Below are positions 26,105 to 37,416 of a DNA stretch of 64,000 bases, one piece after another. Both the position numbers and the translations under genes were made by a program. The notes below the pieces were generated by a model. The model ran no database searches. It was not told the DNA's origin and saw nothing but the letters and a program-made list of their open reading frames with translations. The stretch comes from Azolla caroliniana. Its lineage: Eukaryota > Plantae > Polypodiophyta. Location of the stretch: positions 9,548,001-9,612,000 of the forward strand of contig JBHGNT010000015.1 in the NCBI GenBank assembly GCA_043228905.1. The letters are read 5' to 3'. The first letter of the stretch is position 1. Each line of letters starts with the position of its first letter.

Positions 26105-26396
26105 ACTGCGACAGACAAAGTGCCATCCACCTTACAAAGAACGTGACATACCACTCCGAGATGAAGCACATTCAACGTAGATACCAATGGCTCTGGGAGA
26201 GAGTAGAATATCAAGACTTCGCGTTGCTAAAGATCCACATGGAGGAGAATGGGTCGAACATGCTGACCAAGGTACTGTTAGCTGACAAGTTGGACGTGTG
26301 CAGGAGATGAATCGGATTGACAAGACATCCCATGCCTGAGTGAAGGGGGAGCTTGTTGGGAATTCGGTCCCTCGGGATGGGATCCGGATGAACCAG
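26105..26396 (+). mobile_element. Copia (element O family) RNase H end, PPT and truncated 3' LTR (element K)
   Basis: CDRQSAIHL..KHIQRRY. AAGGGGGAG is followed by TGTTGGGA at 26354, and the LTR is cut at 26397. Confidence 0.85.
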
Positions 26397-28051
26397 TGTT
26401 GTGTTATTTTGCACGCACAGGAGAAAACCAAGGCGGGACCATGGGGGCCCTGAACCGGGGAATAACCGAACAGAGGGAGGAGCAACACAAAACCACGGCC
26501 GAGCTATGCGCGCAAGTACATAGAGAAGTCACAACGAAGATCGAACCACGAATAAGGAAAATATATACTTATGACCAAGATTACAGTCGGCTAGCCGGTA
26601 AACCTCAACTCGCTGACACCGACTCACATAACGCACACGGATAACGCAAGATGGAGCCTCTACTGGAAGCACTCGGGCTTTCCATGAAGTAGAGGCAGCC
26701 TCCCAAAACCTGCAGAGAATGATGAAAGATAGAGGAGAAGAGATCGGTTCCAGTCCGACAACAGTTCGTCCTCGACAACGCGATCCCCACTCAGTCCCCT
26801 TTCATCTCCTTTTATAGCCCAAGGAGAGAGAGATGTTACAGTCTGTTACATCACCTTTACTCTCTGTCCTTTTGGATAGAGATACTCCTCAATTCCCTAC
26901 CTAATGCATACGCGCTACCTAGGATATTCACATCGCCGACCTGTACCTAACTATGTACAATGCATCAAAACATGTGCCCGCGTGTAAGGGCCGGTTCACG
27001 CACACTATTCACTAATTCCTCCTAGGGACGGTTTTCTCCACGACATCCGCCCCCACCTAACCACGCATCCACCGGTATGCGCCAAAATAGAACTTTGTTG
27101 GAGAAGACCGGCCTGCACTTATCTTTCGTTCTTCGGATCGCATCCGCTCCGAACCGGTTACCATTGTTATCCATGTCCTCTAGGTCCGGTTCATCCTCAT
27201 GCCGCTTCTTGAATGCCTTGATCCTCTTCCTAGCCACCGGCATAGCTATTCTCGTTCTATCGAGCTCCGCGAGATGGTAGGTGCCGTTGTCGTTGGCGCT
27301 TGTCACCGCATAAGGCCAGAACCACCTCCTCGTAAACTTCTGCATCGCCTTGTGCTGGTTATCGAGGTTGTTTTCGTAGACCAGAACCTAGTGGCCTTCC
27401 TCAATTTTCTTCAGTCGTAGTCGGTGAGTCCGGTCGAATCGCCCCTTGTTCTTTGTCCTTGCCGCGCGCAACTTCGTCGTTGCTCGTTCCACGTCCTCTG
27501 GTCTTTGCTCGAGCTGTCGGATTCGCGCCGCTAGCAGCTCCTCCCGGCTCATCTCGTCTCTCCATTCCACTGCGGCCCATGAGGAGATCGTTTGCTCCAT
27601 CGGCATGATCGGCTTCTGCCCGTACATCAGCTCCGTCGGCATGAACCCGGTTATCAAACTGTGCATAGTTCGGTCCACCCACAACGCGTAAGGTAGCAGC
27701 CGGGGCCAATTCCCGACTTGGCCTTCACATGCCCATACCAACGCCTTTACGATTGGCCCGTGTCCGTTGTCGCGTTGTTACGCGCGTGCGTGTAGAAGGG
27801 CAGGACCACGGGGGTCTCGGACGAGAGAGGAAGGGATGCCGAGAAGGCGATTCTGGACGCGTCCCGGAAGAGACCGAACACGAGAGAGAGAGAGAGAGAA
27901 GAGAGAGAAAACGCGTGCGCTACACCGACTCTTATGCATAGGAAACAAAAAGGGTGTGCTTCCGACACCACCAAGTACACCGATATGCACAAACATACGC
28001 AAAAAGTTGCGCGAAGTCGTCTTCTTCCAGTTCCATCCTCCCTTGCCGCCC

Positions 28052-28069
28052 TTCACGTCGGGTTCACCA
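28052..28069 (-). promoter_or_regulatory. PBS complementary to tRNA-Trp (TGGTGAACCCGACGTGAA)
   Basis: The + strand TTCACGTCGGGTTCACCA matches the plant tRNA-Trp 3' end as recalled. A second copy with one mismatch is at about 32555-32572. Confidence 0.8.
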
Positions 28070-29249
28070 AAGATGTCACGATGTTACGCGCGTGCATGTG
28101 GAAGGGCGGGACCACGGGGGTCTCGAACGAGAGAGGAAGGGATGCCGAGAAGGCGATTCCGGATGCATCCCGGAAGTGACCAAACACGAGAGAGAGAGAG
28201 AGAGAGAGAAAACGCGCGCGCTACACCGACTCTTATGCACAGGAAACAAAAAGGGTGTGCTTCCGACACCACCAAGTACATCGATATGCACAAACAGACG
28301 CAAATGTGTATATTACAAGGGAAATAATACAAATCCGGCTTCGAGCCGGACCAAGGTAGGTTACAGCCGCGGTCGGCTGCCAAGCCGATGGTCAGGGAGC
28401 TCACGGGCTATCGCGCCAAGCGGGGTCTTGCACAGGACCGAGCAAAAGCAAACCTCCAAAAAGGGGGGGGGGAGATACAACCACGGCCTGAGCGGGCTAC
28501 GCACAAAATAAGAGAAACTAACCTAACAGCTTGGCGACATAGCTACTGCTCGACTCCTCGAGACGGAGCAGAAAAGAAACGAAGAAGAAAGGAAAGAATG
28601 TAGCTAACCCTAGAAAGAAACACAAAACGGTAAATACTCTTACGACTCAAAATTGGGCAACCCCTTTACAAGGGACCATCCCTTCCTTTATAGAACAAGG
28701 AGAGGGATGCGTTACAATGTGGGATAAATCCCGATTTACATGGGATTCCTTGTCCTGACTTAACTCCTATTATTCACATGTTTTACAAGGGTAAGTGCAC
28801 ATGGTGCACTCCGCCGATTCTTTCGATATCTCTCGATTCCGCCTAGGGACGGTTTTCTCCACGACATCCGCCCCCACCTAACCACGCATCCACCGGTATG
28901 CGCCAAACTAGACTCTTGCCGGAGAAGATCGGCCCGCGCTTACCCTTCATCCTCCGGATCGCCATTCGCTCCGAAAGGATTGTCCTCGCTATCCAAGTCG
29001 CCTGGGTCCGGTTCACCCTCGTGCCGCTTGCCTCTCCGTAGGCTCATTCGACCCGTCAATAGGTCGTTCGCCACGACCCCGTAGCACGTATGCCCCATTG
29101 TTGGCCCTTCGCTCGGTCGTATGCACGCTCCGCTCTCCGTCGTACGCCTGGTGTTCTACACTCTAGGAACACCCGCCGTGGCCCGCTTGCCTCAGTCGAT
29201 CGTCCGCGTGATCCTGGTTGTCGTCCCGTGCGGTCACCCATCACCTTCG

Positions 29250-31700
29250 TCCCCTCGACGCCACCTTCCTTCTCCTTGGTCTTACGTTGCCACGTCGGCT
29301 CGGACTGCCAAGGCCTCCGGAACTGGTGTGGAGGATCCCTCTCCGGCCTTCTACCCGATATCTCCTGATCCGACAACCATCCGCTGCGCGCGTTCTTTCT
29401 TTTCGACACCTCCTTGTTCGGCACCGTCTGTACCAAGCACTGTCTCGTACCCGTGCTTGCTTTGGCCCTCGATGGCCACACGCACGTCTTCTGTTCCGCT
29501 TTCGGGTGTGCCCCCTTTCCGGCTCAGCACACTGCTCCTTAACTGGGTGTCCCCGACAGCTCACAGGAAGATCATCCTTGTCGCGTCCTAGTCCACACAA
29601 CCTCCTTCTTTCTCATAATGCCTTGGTTGGTCGGAGACTCTGCCGTCGCCGCCTTTGTCCCCTTGCCACCACCGTCCATTACCCTCGGTCTCACGTTGCC
29701 ATGTCGGCCGAACAGCCGGGGTCTCCGGGCATGTGTGAAGGATCCTTCTCGGGCCTCCATTTTGTTGGGTCACCAACTCGTGTACCAAGCGCGTCCAATC
29801 TTTGTCTTTCCGGCCCTGCCAGTCGGGCCCGTATTCGGTTCGTGGCCGCCTCGCCGTCCTCATACCTTCTTTCGCCCTGCTTTTCGTTGTCCGATCACAT
29901 TCACCTACCGCCACCATCCTTTCCTATAGGACTCACGTCGGCACTCGGGCCGTCCGCCGAATCGGTGTGAGGATCTCCGTGGGACCTGCCATCTCGGTCT
30001 TTGGTTGCTCGCCTTGCCGCCGCCACCGTTCTTCCCTCTAGGTCTCACGCCAGACCTCGTTGTTGGCTGCCGAAGTGTCTAGAACCGGTGTGTGTAAGGT
30101 CGTTTCAGCACCACTTGCCGTCTTCCCAACCTCCGCGTCGGCCTCCTTGGTTGGTCGCGTTCACCTGCCGACACCGATCTCTCCTATAGGATTCACGCCG
30201 GCACTCGGGCCGACAGCCAGATCGGTGTGAGGATCTCCGTAGACCGTCCATCCGCAGTTCTTTGCCTTCATCCCCTTGCCGCCACCGATCGTCACTCTAG
30301 GTCTCACGCCGGCTCTCGGGCCGACCGTCGGAGTCTCTGGAACCGGTGTGAAGGATCCTCCTCGAGCTCGTTGTATCCCAGACCCTTATCCCGGGTCGTC
30401 TTTGTCCGCAAGTCGAGAGGGTGGCTCACTGCACACCCTCTCCCGTGGTACCGACGTACCGTGTTCCCGGCCTCTTCGTAGGCCTGCTCTCTCCCCTCTT
30501 CCAGATCGGTTGTCCGGAAGTCCACTCCGCCCGGTTCTCGTCCGGGCTCGTCCGTCATTCACTAGATTGTCGGGTCCCGTTCTCCTGTCGCCACTGGTCT
30601 CTCCTATAGCACTCACGTCGGCACTCGGGCCGACAGCGGAATCGGTGTGAGGATCTTCGTAGGACCGGTCTTTGTTCTTCTCTTCATGCTTTGTACTTCT
30701 CCCGAACTCGTCGTCGCTCTCCTCGTTGTGCTCCCGCCTCCATCTTCCATCTCTTTCGGTCTCACGTTGCCACGTCGGCCGAACTGCCGAAGTCTCTGGA
30801 TAAGATGTGGGGTAACCGATTTCGTAACGTCTTTCAATGACTCATCTAGGGCCACCGACCCTTTTAGTAGTGTCGGTGGAAAGCATCCGCTCTGTGATCA
30901 ACCACGCCCCGCATGGGCTTGATTCTCCAATGTCCAGAGTTTCGGCTTTGATGCCGACCTTGCCGGACTCGTTCCGAACCCTTGATCACCTTCTTCCCGA
31001 TTCCCGACCTTCGCCCTGCCGGTCTTTCTCCCCATGTAAAAGAGGGTGGCTCGTTCCGCACCCTCTCCCATATCGGCACCTTCACGCCGATTCTGGCCCC
31101 GATCGAACAATCCACGACCGGATCGCGCTCCAACCGAATCGGAATGCCGTGCGGTTCGGTCCCCGGTCGGGTCGTTTCTTGGTCTCTTCGTCGACCTTCT
31201 CACGGGCTATCTCCCATCCATCTTCGTTGGTATCGTGCCAAGACTCCTCGATACCGTCATCCATCTCCTTGGTCTCGCATGGGCGTAAGGGCTCGAATGC
31301 CGAGTTCTCCGGATTTGGTCCCGAGGGCTCTTGTTCATTCCTTCCCTGTATCTTCTCGCCGGTGATTCTCGGTCTCACGCCACCGCCTTCCTCCTCTTGG
31401 GACTCACGTGGGCACTCGGGCCCGACTGCCATCGTCTCGAGAGCAAGTGTGGGAAGAAGCAACGAATCACCCGTCCGTTTTTCGCCCTTGTCCGTAGCCA
31501 CCGGCTCCTCGTGGTCGGTAGTCATCTTCTTACCGATCGCAGATGCCCCGCCTGGGCTTGCTTCTCCAATGTCCGGAGTTTCGGGCTGACGTGCCCGAAA
31601 CCGCCGGTCCCAACGTTCCGATTCCGCGATCGGTATCTCGGCCTCGTCCTCGGCCGTTCTATCTCTGCAAGTCGAGAGGGTGTTTTGTTCCGCACCCTCT
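29250..31700. repeat. Degenerate GC-rich internal repeats of element M
   Basis: Recurring blocks CTCACGTCGGCACTCGGGCC...ATCGGTGTGAGGATCT (about 29930, 30190, 30610) and GGTCTCACGTTGCCACGTCGGC (about 29280, 29690, 30760). Confidence 0.7.
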
Positions 31701-32540
31701 CCCGTGGCACCGTCGTACCGATCTCCTGCCATCTCGTGGGGCAAGTCCGCCTCCCCAGCGTCGGCTTGTGGCCTCGATCTTTGCTCTTCCTCGAGCATTG
31801 CCTCGAGAGCTGCGTACGCCTCCGCAATCCTGGCCCCGAAGCCGAGCCTTGCCGACTCTCTTTGTCGTTCGTCCTCTTCCCGCTGTGATGGCGCGCCGTC
31901 GTGCACCTTCCCCTTAGCCTTCTCGGCTCGCTCGTCATCTAGCCGTTGGCATACCCTTCCGACCATCGACCAGTCCTCGGTAAGGCCATTCGCTCCGTCC
32001 TCATCTTCGAGCTCAATCCCAATGGCCTCCCGTTCCGCTCGGTCGATCGACTTGACGAACAACAGGACTTTGTCCGCCCCCACCAAACCTTGTTCCCGCT
32101 CCGGGAGCCGAGCAAGCCGTCGCTCGAACTCTCGGAACGCCTTCATTGCGCCCCGGTGGGTCTTCGCCGACGCAACCCACTGGTCGAAGCTGTGTCATCC
32201 CCGGCTCTTCCGCCATCCTCCATATGCCTGCAGGAGCGCCTCTTCAAAGGCCTCCCACGAACTATGAGCTTCTCGGAGCTCCTTCACTTCCGCGTGTATA
32301 TGGACGATGATGACCCGATAGAAGAACTCCAGCCTCAACGCCTCGTCTACGTCTCACTCCTCCATTTCCGCATTGTAGGCTTCCAAGTACGATGGGACTT
32401 TGTCCCCGTTGAAACGACCAACTCTTTCAACCACTCGCTGAACCGCTTGCTGCGCCGTCTCTCATCTTGTTGTTGCCCGTCCAAACTCCCTCACCGCTTC
32501 AACAAAAAGTTGTGCGAAGTCGACTTCTTCCAGTTCCATC
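31082..32540 (-). pseudogene. gag-like ORF of element M with in-frame stops
   Basis: Reads MELEEVDFAQ...GRFNGDKVPSYLEAY...SWEAFEEALL and continues into the 354-aa ORF at 31082-32146. Three TGA stops lie in the 5' part. Confidence 0.7.
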
Positions 32541-34854
32541 CTCCCTTGCCGCCCTTCATGTCGGGTTCACCAAAGATGTCACGATGTTACGCGCGTGCAT
32601 GTGGAAGGGCGGGACCACGGGGGTCTCGAACGAGAGAGGAAGGGATGCCGAGAAGGCGATTCCGGATGCATCCCGGAAGTGACCAAACACGAGAGAGAGA
32701 GAGAGAGAGAGAAAAAACGCGCGCGCTACACCGACTCTTATGCACAGGAAACAAAAAGGGTGTGCTTCCGACACCACCAAGTACATCGATATGCACAAAC
32801 AGACGCAAATGTGTATATTACAAGGGAAATAATACAAATCCGGCTTCGAGCCGGACCAAGGTAGGTTACAGCCGCGGTCGGCTGCCAAGCCGATGGTCAG
32901 GGAGCTCACGGGCTATCGCGCCAAGCGGGGTCTTGCACAGGACCGAGCAAAAGCAAACCTCCAAAAAGGGGGGGGGGAGATACAACCACGGCCTGAGCGG
33001 GCTACGCACAAAATAAGAGAAACTAACCTAACAGCTTGGCGACATAGCTACTGCTCGACTCCTCGAGACGGAGCAGAAAAGAAACGAAGAAGAAAGGAAA
33101 GAATGTAGCTAACCCTAGAAAGAAACACAAAACGGTAAATACTCTTACGACTCAAAATTGGGCAACCCCTTTACAAGGGACCATCCCTTCCTTTTATAGA
33201 ACAAGGAGAGGGATGCGTTACAATGTGGGATAAATCCCGATTTACATGGGATTCCTTGTCCTGACTTAACTCCTATTATTCACATGTTTTACAAGGGTAA
33301 GTGCACATGGTGCACTCCGCCGATTCTTTCGATATCTCTCGATTCCGCCTAGGGACGGTTTTCTCCACGACACCACGTTCCACCTTCCCGTTTGCCTCCG
33401 GATTGTACGTCGTGGTGAGCGAGAGTTTAACCCCTAACCGATCAAACTACTCTTCGGCCTCTTGTGCATCCAGTTCTCCATGGTCCGCTACGATCTTCCC
33501 TACGCACCCGTACCGACATACCACCTCTTTGATCAGGAACCGGCACACGACCACGGTCGTATTGTTCAGCAATGCTCGGCCCTCCACCTGGTTTGTCAGG
33601 TCCTCTTGTGCTAGCACCAAGTATCGCATTTGTCCTACCCCCATCGGCATCGTCACCAGATCCACCATCCACTTGAAGTGGATGATCGGTGGGTAAGCCG
33701 GGTACAACTCATCCCGATGTCGGACTATGGAATGTATCTGACAGCTTTCGCAAGTCGTTACGAACCGATGCACGTCCCGGTACAATCTCGGCCACTAGTA
33801 CTTCTCCTTCAGCTTCTTGAACGTGGCCCATGTTCCCCGATGTCCGGTCCAAGGACTCTCATGGTACGCCATCATCAATGCTTCCTACTCCTCCTTCCTT
33901 GCCACTACCCAGAGTGGGACGTTGACTCGCTTCTTTGGGTGCTTCCATATGCTTCCATCCCGTAGGAAGAATCAGTACGCTTTCTTCTGGATCCGGTTAG
34001 ACTCTTCCTTTGCCCACACCATTCCCCGTCGTACTTGCTCTCGTCGAACTCGCTAAGCGCCGGAGTGCCCCCCATTTTCGTCGTCACATAAGTCGTCTCA
34101 AAGAAGTCCACGCCGATTTCCTCGTCCTCCGAAACCATGCCGCCCTCGTCATCAAACCTCGCTCTCGAAAGCATGTCGGTCATGGCGTTGTCGTTCCCGG
34201 AGATGTGTCGAATCTCCGGATTCAGGGACTTGATGTACGCTATCCACCTGAGCATTGCCAGGTCTGGCGTCGCGCATCCGGAAACCATACCCAGAATTGG
34301 TAGGCCGCCCGTCTCTATTATTACCTCTGTCCCGATTAGGTAGTCTTTGTCGGCCTTGATCGCCGAAACGATACCCTAGAGTTCGCGTTTAACTTGGGCG
34401 TATCCTCGCTGTCACTCGCTAAGTACTTTCGCACCGAACCAGATGGGGAACCTCATGCCAGTTTCGTCCTCCTAGTTGACCACCCATCCTATCCCGGTCA
34501 GGCTCGTGTCTACCGTAATGTAAATGGGGACATTCTTGCCGTAAACTGCTTTCCGAAGTGTCAGTGCAACGGTTAGCGCCTCCTTCAGTCTACGAACCGA
34601 CTCTGCATGCTCCTCGCCCCATTGGAATTTACGCCCCTTCTTCAGCAACCCGTAGAGCGGCTCCGCGACATGCGCGTAATGCGGAATCCAGATATGGTAG
34701 AATGCACACGCGCCCAGGAACCTCCACACCTCCATAACCGACTTGCATTGTTCCTTCATTGCGGAGATTGCTTCTACCTTTGCCGAAGACGGTTTCCAGC
34801 CATAAGGCCCGCACAGGTGTTCGACAACCATGATTTTCGACTATCCCTGGTGAA

Positions 34855-35030
34855 GGCATAGAGTGTCGTTGCCTCTGAGTCTCGCATTGTAACCTTTTCT
34901 TCTCATAGTGATAGTTGGAGTTTGTGGGCTCCCGTGGTTTTTCCCTATGAGGGTTTTCCACATAAACATCTTGTGTCCTCTCTATTGTTTGTGTAAGTGT
35001 ATTAATCTCCATTTCTGTTTAGATCTTCCA
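34855..35030 (+). repeat. Copia-type LTR U5 fragment
   Basis: CTCCCGTGGTTTTTCCC..AGGGTTTTCCAC is shared with the element O LTRs. Confidence 0.6.
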
Positions 35031-35049
35031 TTGACTGTTCAACTCGGTT

Positions 35050-35606
35050 GTGGCCGAGCATCTATTCCTCACAGTTCCATCGAATTTATCTAGCAAGCTG
35101 ACATTGGGTTCTACGACAGAAGGGTCCAACAATTGGGTGAGGTATGACCGTTGTGGCCGCTTGAAGTTGTTGGATGGAGTTTCGCAAGTTCGCATTCTCA
35201 TGTTGGAGTTGTTGTAGAGATGCCAAAATTTGGTCAAGGTTACTACATGATTCTTAGACTAGATGATTCTTACATAATAGTGTATTGAGAAAGAAGAAAA
35301 AGAAGGAAGGAGATCAATCTATCACAAATGAACAATTGGAAGACAGGGAGATGGGGAAGTTGATGACAATGAGTGAGAATATCTATTCCATGACGGGTGT
35401 TGATCTCCTTGATGTTAACAAGGGAGATCAACCCCTTTTATACATGAAGTGATGCATTCTAAGTATGCCCATACTTGCATGCCAAGTCATACATATCGAG
35501 TCTTACATATTACCCTTTATACAAAGGTTAAAGTCTAAAGTTTGCCTAGGATATATATATATATATACAAGGACCTAGGTTCGAGCTCGAGTTGATGTTC
35601 ATGACA
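35050..35606 (-). mobile_element. 5' remnant of a second Tcn1-like chromovirus (element Q): LTR, PBS and gag start
   Basis: LTR 35320-35606 starting TGTCATG on the - strand. PBS TTGATCTCCTT at 35307-35317. Gag fragment EPNVSLLDKFDGT. Confidence 0.75.
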
Positions 35607-36034
35607 CCAACCAACTACAACAATTTTGACCAACGAAGAGTCCATGAAGAAAGAGCCCACAACAATAGCGTCAAGAAGAGATGTAGTTGAATGATTGGTG
35701 GCAGGTACAACTCAAGCTCTAGGAAAGCCGTCCCTCTGATTTGCGTGTTGCTACAAAGAAATACCTTATTCAGTGAGTACAAGGGCATGTGCCTAGCATT
35801 ATTCCGAAAGGTCAAGTGGGATGGGAGGGAGGGCCCCATCTCTTAGTGTAGTTGTGTCAAAGAAACAACACCAACCTTTCTTGACATAATAGATGACCAT
35901 GAGGAGGGGTAACCACTTCTTCAGAATGTACCAAACACCCACACCCACACCCACCCTTCATCATCATCATCTTATCTTGTGTGTGTGCCACACTAAGTAA
36001 GATGGAGGCACACACACACAAGATAAGATGGAGG

Positions 36035-37221
36035 TAGTGTTGCCTTTTGACGGGCTAACATTGCCTATCATGAGAATGGTATTCCAAAAAATTTGTCTGT
36101 CAAATGACGATTTGTCAAAAAGATTGACCGTCAAAAGTAAATACATCGAATATTTGTACTAAACAATATATTATACCCTTCTATCCATTGCATCTTTCCA
36201 AATTTCGTATACATGATCCCATTGTATTTCTTCAATGTGTGGCCCATTCAATGAGACTCGCATTAAATCATCTAAATGTTTTATATTCAATCGATTTCTT
36301 TTCATCTCTTTGATGAGATTTTGCTTAGAGAACCCTCTCACACAAAACCGTGCTAGATGGAATAACCAAGTAGCATGCCATAATTTCATCAAATGAGGGA
36401 AACTATGTTGCCAATCCTTCATTTTGCAAAACATACGCCTAACTTTATGTATAGTATAGCCTTCACAATTTAAACTTAAAGTGTCAACAAACATATAGAG
36501 TTCCATTTCACAAGCCTTTGCATCATGTAAATTTTGAAGACATGCATTGACATCGACATTTGGTTGTAAGTGAGAAATCAAAATTCCCAACCATGTCTTT
36601 GCTTTACTATCCCTAATCACGTCATCATCTGCATAATGGCATGGGTTGAATAAATTTGTTGCATTGAAGAGGGTTAAGTCAGGGAACCTTGCGTTTAGTC
36701 CATCAATAATCTTTTGCACATAATTTTGAGATAGTTTAATACAACTTTCAAGTGATCCATCTATAAATGGTCTCATTCCCTCCTTAGATTTTGAAATATT
36801 GGGATTCGTATCATTGTGACTTGCTTTATCAATATTAGAGAGAGAGAGAGAGAGAGAAAGACAGAAACAAAAGAGAGGAATGGGCTGAAAATAAAAGAAG
36901 CCCTAAGTTTATTTTCAAACTATGCATATGTCCGGGCACTTCTTCTCCTTTATCATGTCACATAACATATGTTTACACATTTATCTTTCTCAAATAAAAC
37001 TATATGCTATAACCTATAAATTGTAATTTGTAACTATTAATACATGTACTACTGTTTTGGTCTTAGCAAAATTTGACGGTATTAACAAATTTTAAACCTT
37101 CATTTTTACGTTTTTATAAAATATATGCCCGTCAAGATTGATGATTTCATTTTCAAATTAACCTTCATATACGGTTAAATTTGCCAAAAACGGTCAAAAC
37201 GGCCGTCAAAAGGCAACACTC
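36035..37221 (-). mobile_element. Internally deleted hAT DNA transposon (1187 bp)
   Basis: TIR AGTGTTGCCTTTTGACGG / CCGTCAAAAGGCAACACT. Perfect 8-bp TSD GATGGAGG at 36027-36034 and 37222-37229. Subterminal TTGACGG repeats. Confidence 0.92.
36171..36776 (-). pseudogene. C-terminal hAT transposase fragment (dimerisation domain, ZNF862-like)
   Basis: FPHLMKLW...RGFSKQNLIK..KRNRL...LDDLMRVSLNGP resembles the hAT dimerisation motif. Confidence 0.8.
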
Positions 37222-37270
37222 GATGGAGGGTAAGGGAGGAAGGTTAATTAATGAGATAGTTACTATTGTT

Positions 37271-37310
37271 ACATACATACATACATACATACATAGATAC
37301 ATAGATACAT
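37271..37310. repeat. (TACA)n microsatellite upstream of the helicase
   Basis: ACATACATACAT run seen directly. Confidence 0.85.
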
Positions 37311-37416
37311 AGTCACCGAGAGCGGTAGCACTATTTCTTTCAGCTGCTCCTACCTTGTGTAGTCGGAGACGGGAAGTGAGTGGGGGGATTAAACAGGAAG
37401 TATCCTTGTATTCGTG

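Larger units (their letters stand above)
27768..33372 (-). mobile_element. Non-autonomous gag-only gypsy derivative M with two full LTRs plus a partial third
   Basis: LTRs 32577-33372 and 28074-28866 differ visibly only in a GA/A run. Partial LTR at about 27768-27995. PBS tRNA-Trp-like next to both full LTRs. No RT or integrase core. Confidence 0.88.
26397..34850 (-). mobile_element. Gypsy element L (RT end, RH, INT and 3' LTR), split by element M
   Basis: 3' LTR 26397-27045 and PPT AGGTGGGGGCGGA. Integrase NPEANGKVER|GHGPIVKAL rejoins across M. RT/RH ORFs at 33905-34831. Confidence 0.88.

Noticed and set aside
29250-31700. Spaced repeats that might suggest a CRISPR-like array
   Set aside because: Units are long, degenerate and irregularly spaced inside a plant retroelement, and there are no cas-like genes.
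27700-33100. Many overlapping long ORFs on both strands, such as 31946-33016
   Set aside because: They are shadow frames of GC-rich LTR and gag sequence, cross LTR boundaries and show no recognisable domains.
35607-36026. Possible coding remnant between element Q and the hAT
   Set aside because: No continuous frame or family motif could be supported.
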